Positions 48,085 through 58,742 of a stretch of 64,000 bases of DNA are shown one piece after another. A model generated the notes under the pieces. That model did not search any database. It had not been told where the DNA came from and was given only the letters and a program-made list of their open reading frames with translations. This DNA is from Candidatus Heimdallarchaeota archaeon (GTDB lineage Archaea; Asgardarchaeota; Heimdallarchaeia; JABLTI01): the NCBI GenBank assembly GCA_018238155.1, contig JABCTZ010000046.1, positions 192,001 through 256,000 of the forward strand. The letters are read 5' to 3'. A program made the position numbers and the translations under genes. Each line of letters begins with the position of its first letter. Position 1 is the first letter of the stretch.

Positions 48085-48420
48085 TTAGTTATCTCCCAAT
48101 AAAAAGTAGGGGTTTTTTCTAATCATATATAAACAAATACTTGCTTATAAAGCGTCGCTTATAAATGAATGTTTGTCGTTGATTTTGAAATAGTTGTGAG
48201 ATATTCAGATATCTTTTCAAAAAAGAACCGATTTTATAGTATTCAGAAACGCTTTTAAAGATTCAGAGAAAATAAAGCTTGTAATTTAGTAGTTCATTAG
48301 GTGAAGACATGAGGGATCATGAAATTATACCCCAAAATTGACTTTCTATACATGCAATATCCTAGGATAAACTATTTACAAACTCTAGAACTTTTTGGAG
48401 ATTGATTTAAATGAGGAATC

Positions 48421-51400
48421 ATGAAATTAGAAACTAAAACAAAAAAGAACCAAAATAAACAGCAAAAAAAACAAACAGATGACTTTAGATTTCCCGAAGT
48501 AAGTTCAAGCGTAGATATGGTTCTACTTGAAGAATCAATACTTGCATTTTGGGAGAAAGAACGAATCTTCGATAAGAAACTCGAACAAAATCGCAAAGCA
48601 AAGAAGAACTATTCTTTTATAGATGGACCGATAACAGCTAATAATCCCATGGGTATGCATCACGGATGGGGTCGTTCCTTAAAGGATATGATACAACGAT
48701 TCCGGGCTATGTGTGGTTACGAACTTAGATATCAAAATGGTTTTGATTGTCAAGGTCTTTGGATAGAAGTTGAAGTTGAGAAAGCACTAGGATTAAACTC
48801 CAAAAAAGCAATAGAAGACTTTGGTTTAGAGGAATTTTCTAACAAATGTAAACAACGTTTAGATAAATATTCAGAATTAATAACCACAGAATCTAAACGA
48901 TTTGGACAATGGATGGACTGGGATAATTCCTACTACACACACACAGACACAAATATCAGTTATATTTGGCATTTTTTGAAAAAGTGTCATGAAAATGGTT
49001 GGTTATTTAAGGGACATCTACCTATGCCTTGGTGTAGCAGATGTGGGACCTCATTATCTCAACATGAGCAACATGATTCTTACAAAGAGTTAACACATAC
49101 CTCTGTTTTTGTAAAATTTCCATTAAGAAGAGCTAATAAGAATGACAATCAGTTGAATGAATTTCTTTTAGTTTGGACTACAACTCCTTGGACATTGACT
49201 GCAAACACTGCTGTTGCTGTCCACCCTACATTAAACTATACCAAAGTGAAACAGAACAATGAGATATACTATTTGGTAAACAGTCGATTATCTATTCTTA
49301 CTGGAAAGTATGAAACACTCGAAGAAATATCAGGCAAGCAATTAGAAGGACTATTCTATACTACTCCTTTCAAACACTTAGCAAGTCAAAAGAACGTTGA
49401 GCATAAAGTGGTACTATGGCAAGATGTAGGTGGTGAAGAAGGCACAGGGATTGTTCATATTGCTCCTGGGTGTGGAGCAGAGGATTACCAACTTTCGCTT
49501 CAATACAACTTGAATGTCCTTTCACCAATTGATGAATTAGGAATATTTCTTAAAGAGTATAATGAATTCGCAGGATTGGAAGTACATTCTGTTTCAGCAA
49601 TGGTAATTGAACTATTAACAGAAAGCGGTTTACTCTATAAAAAAGAGCAATATAAGCATCGATATCCTACTTGTTGGAGATGCAGTGAAGAATTAGTATT
49701 TCGACTAGTAAATGAATGGTTCATCAACAGTGATGAAATACGACCTTTGCTAAAACAGGCTGTCACCAAAGTTGAATGGATACCTAGCTTTTATGAGAAA
49801 AGAATGCAAGACTGGCTAAATAATATGGGCAATTGGTGTATATCTCGTAAGCGTTATTGGGGTTTGCCTCTACCATTTTATGAATGCAATCATTGTGGAA
49901 AGCTAACAGTTATAGGAACAAAAGAGGAACTCTTAGAAGCTGCGGTTGAAGGAGTAGAAAATTTAATCGAACTACACAGACCTTGGATAGATGAAGTTAA
50001 AATAAAGTGCTCTAATTGTGGTGAAAAGGTCTCAAGAATAATTGAAGTAGGTGATTGCTGGTTAGATGCAGGTATAGTTCCATTTTCCACTCTAAAGTAT
50101 CTTGAGGATAAAGACTATTGGGAAAAATGGTTCCCTATTGAAAGTATCTGCGAAATGCGTGAACAAATACGTCTTTGGTTCTATTCGCAACTATTTATGA
50201 GTGTCACTCTAACTGGAAAACCACCCTTTAAACAAGTTGTAGTTCATGAAAAAGTACATGATAAAGATGGTAGGGCAATGCATCGAAGCTGGGGCAACGC
50301 GATCTGGTTCAGCGAAGCTGTGAACAAAATGGGCGCAGACATAATGCGTTGGTCATTTGTGAAACAGCAATTAACACAAACAATGAACTTTGGTTATTAC
50401 TTAATAGATGAAATAAAACCATTTTTCCTAACAATTTGGAATGTTTACTCATTTTTTGCTACTTTTGCTAATCTGGATGAATTTACACCAAATACTAAAA
50501 AAGCAAAAGAATTGCTCAAAGAGGGATTACCCGAACTTGATCAATGGTTATTATCCAAATTAAATGTTCTAATACTAACTGTACGAAAATCTTATGAAAA
50601 GATGAAGTTCAGAGATGTAACTCTTGAGTTAGAAAAATTTGTTGAATTACTATCAACTTGGTATGTTAGAAGAAGTCGTAGAAGATTTTGGAAGAGTGAA
50701 AATAGTACGAATAAATTTAGCGCTTATTCAACACTTTATCAAGCACTACTTACATTAAGCAAGTTAATGGCACCTATTGCACCTTTCTTTACTGAAAGAC
50801 TCTACAGAAATTTAACGCAGGAACTACAAACTAAAAATGCATCTAGTGTTCATTTAACAGCTTTTCCAAAAGTCAAAAAGTCATTACTAAATCTAGAACT
50901 TAATAGGAAAATGGATTTAGTTTTAGAGCTGGTTCGTCTAGGAAGATCTGCAAGAAATAAGGCAAATATCAGATTACGGCAACCATTACCAACAATGAAG
51001 ATATGGTGTAGGAATAGTGAGAGTATACACTTTATTCAAGAATTCAAAAAAGATTTACTGAACGAATTAAATATAAAGAACATCAAATTTGTGAAAAACC
51101 CTGGAAAGCTATTCAAAATGAAATTAAAACCCAATTATAAAATTCTAGGACCAAAGCTAAAGAATTCGCTCTCTCTCCTCGAAGAGAAAATACAAAATAT
51201 GAGTCAAAAGACCATATTAGGTGTTTTTAACAGCACAAATCAAATGCTAACACTTGAACTTGAAAATGAACAAGCTGTCCAGTTACAGCTAAATGAAGAT
51301 TTGTTTCTGGAAATGGAGGCAATGGGTACGTATGCTATAGCTGTGAGTAAAGAAAACGCTATCGCACTTGAAACTACATTAACGCATGAACTCATTCTCG

Positions 51401-51651
51401 AAGGATTCGCAAGAGATGTTATAAGACAAATACAAAATCTAAGAAAAGACAAAGAACTCCAAGTCAGTGATGAAATAGAAGTGTTCTATGATGGAGATAT
51501 TGAGATACTTGAAGCAATAGAAAAACATGCAACATATATCAAAAATGAAACGTTAACGAAAAAACTCATACAGAAAGAAATAACAGATGATTCGTATAGT
51601 GCACAACTAAATAATTCAAAACTATTTTTGGCTTTAAGTCCAAATTCTTAA
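48421..51651 (+). CDS. ileS: Isoleucyl-tRNA synthetase (type 2-like, non-canonical signature motifs)
   Basis: DGPITAN..GMHH, GFDCQGL, WTTTPWTL, GTGIVHIAP, WCISRKRYWG, AMHRSWGN, EGFARDVIRQIQNLRK C-terminal domain. Confidence 0.95.
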   Translation: MKLETKTKKNQNKQQKKQTDDFRFPEVSSSVDMVLLEESILAFWEKERIFDKKLEQNRKAKKNYSFIDGPITANNPMGMHHGWGRSLKDMIQRFRAMCGYELRYQNGFDCQGLWIEVEVEKALGLNSKKAIEDFGLEEFSNKCKQRLDKYSELITTESKRFGQWMDWDNSYYTHTDTNISYIWHFLKKCHENGWLFKGHLPMPWCSRCGTSLSQHEQHDSYKELTHTSVFVKFPLRRANKNDNQLNEFLLVWTTTPWTLTANTAVAVHPTLNYTKVKQNNEIYYLVNSRLSILTGKYETLEEISGKQLEGLFYTTPFKHLASQKNVEHKVVLWQDVGGEEGTGIVHIAPGCGAEDYQLSLQYNLNVLSPIDELGIFLKEYNEFAGLEVHSVSAMVIELLTESGLLYKKEQYKHRYPTCWRCSEELVFRLVNEWFINSDEIRPLLKQAVTKVEWIPSFYEKRMQDWLNNMGNWCISRKRYWGLPLPFYECNHCGKLTVIGTKEELLEAAVEGVENLIELHRPWIDEVKIKCSNCGEKVSRIIEVGDCWLDAGIVPFSTLKYLEDKDYWEKWFPIESICEMREQIRLWFYSQLFMSVTLTGKPPFKQVVVHEKVHDKDGRAMHRSWGNAIWFSEAVNKMGADIMRWSFVKQQLTQTMNFGYYLIDEIKPFFLTIWNVYSFFATFANLDEFTPNTKKAKELLKEGLPELDQWLLSKLNVLILTVRKSYEKMKFRDVTLELEKFVELLSTWYVRRSRRRFWKSENSTNKFSAYSTLYQALLTLSKLMAPIAPFFTERLYRNLTQELQTKNASSVHLTAFPKVKKSLLNLELNRKMDLVLELVRLGRSARNKANIRLRQPLPTMKIWCRNSESIHFIQEFKKDLLNELNIKNIKFVKNPGKLFKMKLKPNYKILGPKLKNSLSLLEEKIQNMSQKTILGVFNSTNQMLTLELENEQAVQLQLNEDLFLEMEAMGTYAIAVSKENAIALETTLTHELILEGFARDVIRQIQNLRKDKELQVSDEIEVFYDGDIEILEAIEKHATYIKNETLTKKLIQKEITDDSYSAQLNNSKLFLALSPNS

Positions 51652-51668
51652 TGTAGAGAGATTATTTT

Positions 51669-51690
51669 AATGTGGAGAATTATCCACATT
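51669..51690. terminator. Hairpin after ileS
   Basis: AATGTGGA-gaatta-TCCACATT followed by a T-tract. Confidence 0.55.
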
Positions 51691-51821
51691 TCAATTTTTT
51701 TTTGAAGAGATTTAATTAGAATATACAAGTCAGAGGACTATTTGCAAAACATATCGTGATTAATAGTTACTTACATTAACTCAGAAAAATGATTAGGCGT
51801 TCGTAAAAAGAAAAAAAGCAC

Positions 51822-52301
51822 TTAGTAACCAAGAGACCATGCTATCAACGAAGCTAACCCAACAAAAACACCAGCAAATATATAGGAATATGCACTTCCA
51901 ATAGCAATTTTTGTATCTGCGCCGGTTATTCGTTCTCCTCGAGTTAAGCGAGCTTTTATGCTGTTAATTGTGAAAGATTGTTTTACTGTTCCAATACATC
52001 CACCAAAAATGAATAATAAACCGAACTCAACCAAGAGTATCCAAGATAAATAAATAAAGATAATTGAAATTGAAAATGAAATAATCCAACAGCCCAATAA
52101 TGTAACTAATACAAGAACAATTGCAACAGCAACTGAAACGATTAAAACTCTTGACCAACGAAGTCGTACTATATTTGTTGTATATTCTTCATAATCTTCT
52201 TGAGCACTATCTTTACTCAATGAGTCATCAAAGGAATGATCTTCTTTAGTGTCTGGTAATTCTCTATCAATTTTAGCAGTATTAGATTCTTTGATGGTCA
52301 T
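51822..52301 (-). CDS. Three-TM membrane protein
   Basis: Acidic N-terminus, three hydrophobic segments. Confidence 0.75.
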   Translation of the reverse strand: MTIKESNTAKIDRELPDTKEDHSFDDSLSKDSAQEDYEEYTTNIVRLRWSRVLIVSVAVAIVLVLVTLLGCWIISFSISIIFIYLSWILLVEFGLLFIFGGCIGTVKQSFTINSIKARLTRGERITGADTKIAIGSAYSYIFAGVFVGLASLIAWSLGY

Positions 52302-52435
52302 TGCTATCACTCTTAATTAAGTAGAACGCTACCAGTGCTAAAAAGATTATCAAAAATCCTCAATTCAACAATTAAAATTTATTAAAAAGAAAGAGAATAA
52401 AAGTTGAATTCAGCCAACTTTCCAAAAAGAAGAAT

Positions 52436-53518
52436 CTAAATTTCATCTTCTTTTGTTTCTTCGATTTCTTCGTCATCTAATTCAATTCCACGCAAACGTT
52501 TCCAAAGAATTACTATATTACTAACTAGCCATTTGAAACCTTTCTTAATATATTTCCAAGGAACTTTGAAGAGGTAATATTTAGCTTTGTTTAGAGTCCA
52601 AGCAACAGGTGGAATTACTTTGGATTGGAAAAGTAAAGTTAACACAAATGCAAGAATTAATAATATAACAATAAACAGTGACCAATAATTTTCGAAAAAT
52701 GTGCGTTGGTAACTAAAATTCCAAATAATTGAACCTGTAACACCATCATGAAGCAAATTATGCCAGAGAATTAAATGAAGCTTCTCATCAGCAGGAGCAG
52801 TGAAATTAAGAAACAAATCTGTTCCAATACCACTTTTAGAACTGTTTACTGGTGAGGGTTGGATATTTGAATGATTTACAAAATAAGTATATTGAACTTC
52901 ATTGAGAAGGTATACATTAACACTTGCATTTGCAAAAAAGATGTGAATAGAATCTTCTGTTGGACGATCACTACCTAGAGAACGCATGTAAAATGGAGAG
53001 TAATCTACAAATGATAATCCTTCAGACCAAAAATACTCGCCTGAAACTTCAGTGTTATTTGAATAAAGAATCAATTTTGGTTTTACAGTGCTATTAAGTG
53101 AAAAGCTAGCCGCTATATAACTATCACAAACTAAACGGTGGGAGTAAACTGATGGAGGAGCAGGAGCAGAACCATCCCAGTTATTGGAAAACACAATGTA
53201 ATCATTTAGAAAACCATTTCCAGAATCTAGGAAATAAATCTCAACACGAGCAGTAGTGTTTATTTCAAAATAATAGGTCGAAGAATCAGTGACAGTACCA
53301 ACAGCTTCTCTAGATGGAATACCAAACACATATTCATTGGTTGCTGTTAAACTGAACTCATTCTGAGCAATGACTTCTGGTTGCTGTGGACTAATTGTAA
53401 ATCGTTCATTAAATAGAGTATAAGTTTCACCATTCACCATAACTATGGGACTAACAGTCAAGACAATGACCATTATTGAAAGAATAACTGCAGATTTATT
53501 TACTTGAGGAAATTTCAT
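52436..53518 (-). CDS. Single-pass surface protein with amphipathic cytoplasmic tail
   Basis: Signal peptide, two similar beta domains (VEIYFLD / VNVYLLN), TM, W/K-rich amphipathic helix. Confidence 0.78.
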   Translation of the reverse strand: MKFPQVNKSAVILSIMVIVLTVSPIVMVNGETYTLFNERFTISPQQPEVIAQNEFSLTATNEYVFGIPSREAVGTVTDSSTYYFEINTTARVEIYFLDSGNGFLNDYIVFSNNWDGSAPAPPSVYSHRLVCDSYIAASFSLNSTVKPKLILYSNNTEVSGEYFWSEGLSFVDYSPFYMRSLGSDRPTEDSIHIFFANASVNVYLLNEVQYTYFVNHSNIQPSPVNSSKSGIGTDLFLNFTAPADEKLHLILWHNLLHDGVTGSIIWNFSYQRTFFENYWSLFIVILLILAFVLTLLFQSKVIPPVAWTLNKAKYYLFKVPWKYIKKGFKWLVSNIVILWKRLRGIELDDEEIEETKEDEI

Positions 53519-53785
53519 AAGCTTTTCACATCTTTTCAAGTCAGTAGCACTAGTACAAGTGAACTAATACATTATCATTTTGACTTTAGTCTTTTATATT
53601 TTTTTGTGGTCACGAAATTTATTAAACCAACAATTCTAGCTAAAGATTTTTGCTTACAATTAAAATGTATCGGCAAGAAGGAAAATGGTTGAATGAACTC
53701 TTAAAAATAATCATAATGGCTCAAATACAACTTCAACTTAAATGAATAAAAACAAAAAAAGAAAAAAGGAAATAAGCCTAATGGC

Positions 53786-55555
53786 TTACTTTCTTCTCTT
53801 TAAGAAGAAAACCTGACTTGCACCTGCAAGAGCTAGAATTCCGAAGACAACTACTAAACCAATTCCGGTTCTTTTAATTGTTACATCAAATCCTGCATCT
53901 TTCATGTATTGCAAAGCGAGGTCAACACTGTATTCATAAGGTACTAGAGTTTTGTCATAACCAATTGCAACATTTGGACATCCAGTTGTTGCTGGTTCAC
54001 CAAGACCATTGAGAATTTCTGCTACGATGATTTCTCTTGGAACCATATGAGAGATAGCTTTTCTTATTGCTTTAGCTGATTCTGCACCAACTTTTGGACA
54101 GAGTTCGCCAGTTCCGAAGTATGGATGTTCCATATTTACAGCAATTTCTTGTGTACCTGGATCTTCAACTAAAGTGTAAGTAGCACCTGCAATATTAAGT
54201 TCGTCTAATTGTGGACTGAATTGAGCATCAACCATGTCTACTGTACCAGCAGCAAGAGCGGCTAATGCACCTTCTTTACTACCATAGAATTCAAAGAAGA
54301 CATTATCAAAGCTTGGTTCTGCACCATACCAATCGACAAAATGAGGATTAGCTTCCATCTGAATAACACCGTTTGTGGCATCATAATCAGCTAACATATA
54401 TGGACCTGCGCCAAACATCTTTGATGGATCATTCTTAGCCCAGTCAATAGCTTGAGCTTGGTGATCTGCTGGTGCAACTGCACCCCAAACGTGTGCTGGA
54501 ATTAAATCGAGAGCTAAATTGCCATCTTGGAAAACGTATGTTTGTTTGAAAGTAATTGAGAATTCTTTGTCATTTGTTACAGTAATGGATGAATTATCCC
54601 AGTATTTGATGTTGGTTGAGTAACCAGTTCCACCTAATGATTGGGTAACTGTTAAATTATAGTTGTAAACAACATCATTTGAGGTCAAATCAACGCCATC
54701 AGCCCATTGAGCATCGTCTTTAATGACTACATTGTAAGTTAAGCCGTCAGCACTACTGAAGGATTCAGCAAGCCATGGAGCATAATCATTGTTTACTGCT
54801 GCGTCTCTTTGAATTAAACCGTTGTAGATTTGTCGCAACCATTGAGCGTCATAAACGGACTCGTAGGTATGTACGTGGAAATCTTCAAAGTCGGCTGGAG
54901 TAGCATAATGGAAATCAGTTTCACCAGTGATAGTTGTTTCAAAGAATGGATGATAGGTTGAAGCCCATAATAATCCACTGAAATCTACTAGATCTTCTGT
55001 GTGTGGATAAACTGATAATGGATAGATAAGGCAAATTTCTGGTAAGTCTTCATAGAGAATTGCTTGAATTTCTTCAGCGTATTCGATTCTATCTGCTAGA
55101 ACGAATGAAGAAGTGTAATTACCAATAGCGTTGTCCATTGCTGGATTACTGTATTGATAGAAGTTGTCACCATTTGGTGTAATAGCTGGAGTGTCATAGA
55201 GACCGGTTGGATCCCAATCGAGGCCCCATCCCCAACCTACGAAGAAAAGATCGTATCCGCCTTCAGCGTATGTAGGAATTGGATAAGGTCCTGGAAATCC
55301 CCAGGTTCTTGGACTAATTTGTGCCCAACTAGTGTGGTCGAATGTATCTACCGCAATACCTATCTTTGGTAATTGTTCTACCATAAGAGTTGCCCATTGA
55401 TTTCTCGCTGGGTTGGTATTCGGAGCTAAAATACTTATATGAAAGAATGGACCTGGATTAGCAGCTTGTGTTGTTTGTGTAATCATTGGTGATATACACA
55501 AAACGAACATAATTGCCAAAGGAAGAATCATTCTTTTTATATCCTTCTTGATCAA
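53786..55555 (-). CDS. oppA: Family 5 peptide ABC substrate-binding protein, circularly permuted, C-terminally anchored
   Basis: PWLAESF..ADGLTY...WADG.DLTSNDV, GAGPY, IRKAISH, LPKIGIAV, YSNPAMD, IQAILYEDLP. Confidence 0.9.
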   Translation of the reverse strand: MIKKDIKRMILPLAIMFVLCISPMITQTTQAANPGPFFHISILAPNTNPARNQWATLMVEQLPKIGIAVDTFDHTSWAQISPRTWGFPGPYPIPTYAEGGYDLFFVGWGWGLDWDPTGLYDTPAITPNGDNFYQYSNPAMDNAIGNYTSSFVLADRIEYAEEIQAILYEDLPEICLIYPLSVYPHTEDLVDFSGLLWASTYHPFFETTITGETDFHYATPADFEDFHVHTYESVYDAQWLRQIYNGLIQRDAAVNNDYAPWLAESFSSADGLTYNVVIKDDAQWADGVDLTSNDVVYNYNLTVTQSLGGTGYSTNIKYWDNSSITVTNDKEFSITFKQTYVFQDGNLALDLIPAHVWGAVAPADHQAQAIDWAKNDPSKMFGAGPYMLADYDATNGVIQMEANPHFVDWYGAEPSFDNVFFEFYGSKEGALAALAAGTVDMVDAQFSPQLDELNIAGATYTLVEDPGTQEIAVNMEHPYFGTGELCPKVGAESAKAIRKAISHMVPREIIVAEILNGLGEPATTGCPNVAIGYDKTLVPYEYSVDLALQYMKDAGFDVTIKRTGIGLVVVFGILALAGASQVFFLKRRK

Positions 55556-55831
55556 ATTATTTAACCTTCCACATTTGAATGGTTTGTACTCAAATTATTT
55601 TGAGTACTATTAAATTAGTTCTTATACTCATTTAAAAGTTTATTTGCCAATTATTACTTCGACTTTGTTCTTAGTTTTTAAGAATTTAATATCCCCCTAC
55701 AGACGGGTTTTCCATTTGAAAACATTATAAACAGTTCTTTTCTTAAAAAGAGTAGTTTAATCCATTCACTTTTTGTTGAACAAGTGAAAAAAAAAGTCAT
55801 TTTTAGGTGCTCTTTTACTAATTATAATTAT

Positions 55832-58705
55832 CTAAGCCCTCAAAGCATGAATAATATCTTGTTTGCTATATTTTATTACTGTTGGTAAAACTCCAACAAT
55901 CGCTACACAAGTCATTATAACTGGAAAGAGAATTATTTGTAAAATAGGTATAGTAACTGAAAATGGTATTATGTTATGTGAAGTTAGTAATGGCGTTATC
56001 AAGAATAATGTTGAGTAAGTAAATACTATTCCCAGAAGCATTCCAGCTAATGATGAACTTAGAGTTATTATTGACGTCTCTAACAGAATAAGTTTGGTAA
56101 TTTTTCTTTTTGATGCACCCATTGACATTGCAATAGCCACTTCATGCGTTCTTTGACTGATAGTAAAATCCGTGAACATTATTAACAACACTATTCCTAT
56201 ACCAGCTGTAATTATCCATTCAATATTGAAGAACGATAAAATATTTGGTATATAGGATTCTATGAACGCTCCCACAAAATCTTCATTCACAGCATTTGGG
56301 TTTACTGTTATTCCATTAAAAGCATTTTCAATCTCTTCTGCGATAGTATCTATATCATAATCAGGTAAGACACTTGCCAAAAAGAGTTTATTGAGCATAA
56401 TCTTCAATTCCTCTTTCACAAATTCCTCATTAATCAAGATAAAACCTTCATTTGGTTGAAACAATTCAATGTTTGGTCCATCAGCTAGTCCTAATCCAGG
56501 AGCTGAATTGATTATCCCAGCTATTTCAAACAATCTAAAGTAAGTTCCACCGGGCAAGTCCGCTACAGGTAATTGATCTCCAACAGTTAAATTCAGTCGT
56601 GTTGCTAATCCACTTCCAATTATTACTCCGTTTTCAATTTCAGCTAATGCTTGCAAAACTTCGAACGATTGTCCTTCCAGAAAACAGCTTTTATCCCATC
56701 TACCTATTCTTGAAAAAATAATCGGCTCTATACCATAGATCGTATAAACTTCAGAAACAACTCTACCTTCTGTTTTGAATATCGGTATAACTTCATTCAC
56801 ACCTTCAAATTGTGAGATGTTATTTTTGAAATCACTTTCAAGGGGGTAAGTAATAATTCGAAGCCCAGCGCCATTTTTGTATTCCAATTCCTTTATTTGA
56901 TTTTGATTTACAGATTCTGCAGATATTATTGAAAACATTATCACTGAAGAAACCATTACTAGTGCAAAAGTCATTGTACTTAGCTTTTTATTTTTACGTT
57001 TGAAGTTATTCATTAAAAAGAATGCATCATTGAAGATTAGTCTTCTGTATACTCCTTTTAACTTGGTTAGTACTTTGCTGTTCAATATATAGCTAATAAA
57101 CTGTGCACCAAATACCATTAGAATGCAAAATAGAATAAACGTATATCCTGCCGAGAGTGTACTAGAAAAATCATAGTAATCTGATGCCATAACATTCCTA
57201 ATTGTATCTATTAATGAAAATATTAAGGCAATAATAACAATTACAGCTAATCCTATATTGATGCTCATAAAAATATTCTTCTGGAATTTCTCTCTACTTT
57301 CATCTCCATCTATAGTATCTTTACTTTTAAGTGCAACTTCCCACCAAATTTTGAATGACGAGTATCCTACCAAAATAACTAGAAAAGCTAACGAAGTTAG
57401 TATTGTGAAACCAGGTGCCATATCCATATTTGTTAAAAATTTTACAAAAACAGTTCCCGAAAATTCTCCCTCAGAAAATGAAGGAATGATAGCCGCAGAA
57501 AAATAAGCTGTTAGCACACCTAATAATATTCCGATAATCGAAACGATGAGAAATTCTACAATGAAGAGAAACAGAATCTGTCCTGCATCTGCACCTCTAT
57601 CTCTGAACAAATTAACTTGCCCACGTCTCGATTCAACTTCAATGTTAACCATGAAAATTGTTAATATTAACCCAACGATTATAACTGGTACCATAAAAAC
57701 GGTTGTAATAGATGCTCGTGAATAAGCATTCTGAAGAGCGACTATTGGGTCTGCGAGGATATAAACATAGACATTAGGAAAGTTCGCTGCAATATTTTCT
57801 GAAAAAAGAGTCATCTTCTCGACGACACTATTAAGACCATCTTTACCCAACAACTCTTGATTAAACCTTACAAAGAAAATATAGGGAATATCATTATCAA
57901 CCATTTGCGTGAGATTTACTTGTTGTACTTGTGTTAATGGGAAAAGAATTGAATCTGACAACTCTTCTAAATCAATAACTGAGTGAATTATTGAAACACC
58001 ATCTTGTATTGTGAAAATACCTGAGATATTATAATCATGATATTCAATTGGGGAAAAATCAAAGATAGTATCTAAATTATATATAGGATTTGGATTATAT
58101 GTTGCTATTGATAAATTGAAAGTATCTCCCACTTTTATTTCTCGACCATATATCTCCCCTAATTCTTCTGCTTGTTTTAGGCTGATGACGATATTGTTTT
58201 CATCAACAATAAAATCTCCTTCTATATCAAATAGAAATTTAACTCGATCTAGCGTTTCTTGTTCCAGAAGAAAAGCATTTGTCACTGAAACAGGATTTGT
58301 TTGATTTTCCTGATTATCTTCAGGTAAACAAACATAACTTGAGTTTTTTCCGTCTGTGTTGAACAGTGCTTGCGTTAAATAAGCGAGATTATATTTATCT
58401 ACTAGCTCATTTTCAGCTAAACTTTCCTTTATGTCCTCAATATCATCTGGGTTCTTGTTTGATCGAATATAGGCTTGATAATCTTGAGCTTCGTGAAAAT
58501 CATTCAGTGCTAAATTTTCAGATGTTCCTGACCAATAATAAACTGATAGTAGCATTGTTATCGAAAGAGCAAATCCAAAAATGATTATCCCCATATTTCT
58601 TTTATGATTCAAGATGTTCTTGAAAGCTAGTTTTATGAAAAAGCCGGCTTTTAATCGGTCTTTGTATTCTTCATCTTGTATCTCGTCTTTACTCAACAAT
58701 ATCAC
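55832..58705 (-). CDS. FtsX/MacB-like ABC permease (duplicated)
   Basis: LAFKNI, SRRGQVNLFRDRGA, QRTHEVAIAMSMGASKRKI; two extracellular domains. Confidence 0.9.
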   Translation of the reverse strand: MILLSKDEIQDEEYKDRLKAGFFIKLAFKNILNHKRNMGIIIFGFALSITMLLSVYYWSGTSENLALNDFHEAQDYQAYIRSNKNPDDIEDIKESLAENELVDKYNLAYLTQALFNTDGKNSSYVCLPEDNQENQTNPVSVTNAFLLEQETLDRVKFLFDIEGDFIVDENNIVISLKQAEELGEIYGREIKVGDTFNLSIATYNPNPIYNLDTIFDFSPIEYHDYNISGIFTIQDGVSIIHSVIDLEELSDSILFPLTQVQQVNLTQMVDNDIPYIFFVRFNQELLGKDGLNSVVEKMTLFSENIAANFPNVYVYILADPIVALQNAYSRASITTVFMVPVIIVGLILTIFMVNIEVESRRGQVNLFRDRGADAGQILFLFIVEFLIVSIIGILLGVLTAYFSAAIIPSFSEGEFSGTVFVKFLTNMDMAPGFTILTSLAFLVILVGYSSFKIWWEVALKSKDTIDGDESREKFQKNIFMSINIGLAVIVIIALIFSLIDTIRNVMASDYYDFSSTLSAGYTFILFCILMVFGAQFISYILNSKVLTKLKGVYRRLIFNDAFFLMNNFKRKNKKLSTMTFALVMVSSVIMFSIISAESVNQNQIKELEYKNGAGLRIITYPLESDFKNNISQFEGVNEVIPIFKTEGRVVSEVYTIYGIEPIIFSRIGRWDKSCFLEGQSFEVLQALAEIENGVIIGSGLATRLNLTVGDQLPVADLPGGTYFRLFEIAGIINSAPGLGLADGPNIELFQPNEGFILINEEFVKEELKIMLNKLFLASVLPDYDIDTIAEEIENAFNGITVNPNAVNEDFVGAFIESYIPNILSFFNIEWIITAGIGIVLLIMFTDFTISQRTHEVAIAMSMGASKRKITKLILLETSIITLSSSLAGMLLGIVFTYSTLFLITPLLTSHNIIPFSVTIPILQIILFPVIMTCVAIVGVLPTVIKYSKQDIIHALRA

Positions 58706-58742
58706 CTTTTTTGTACTATTAGAGTTAGTGATGTATCAATTT

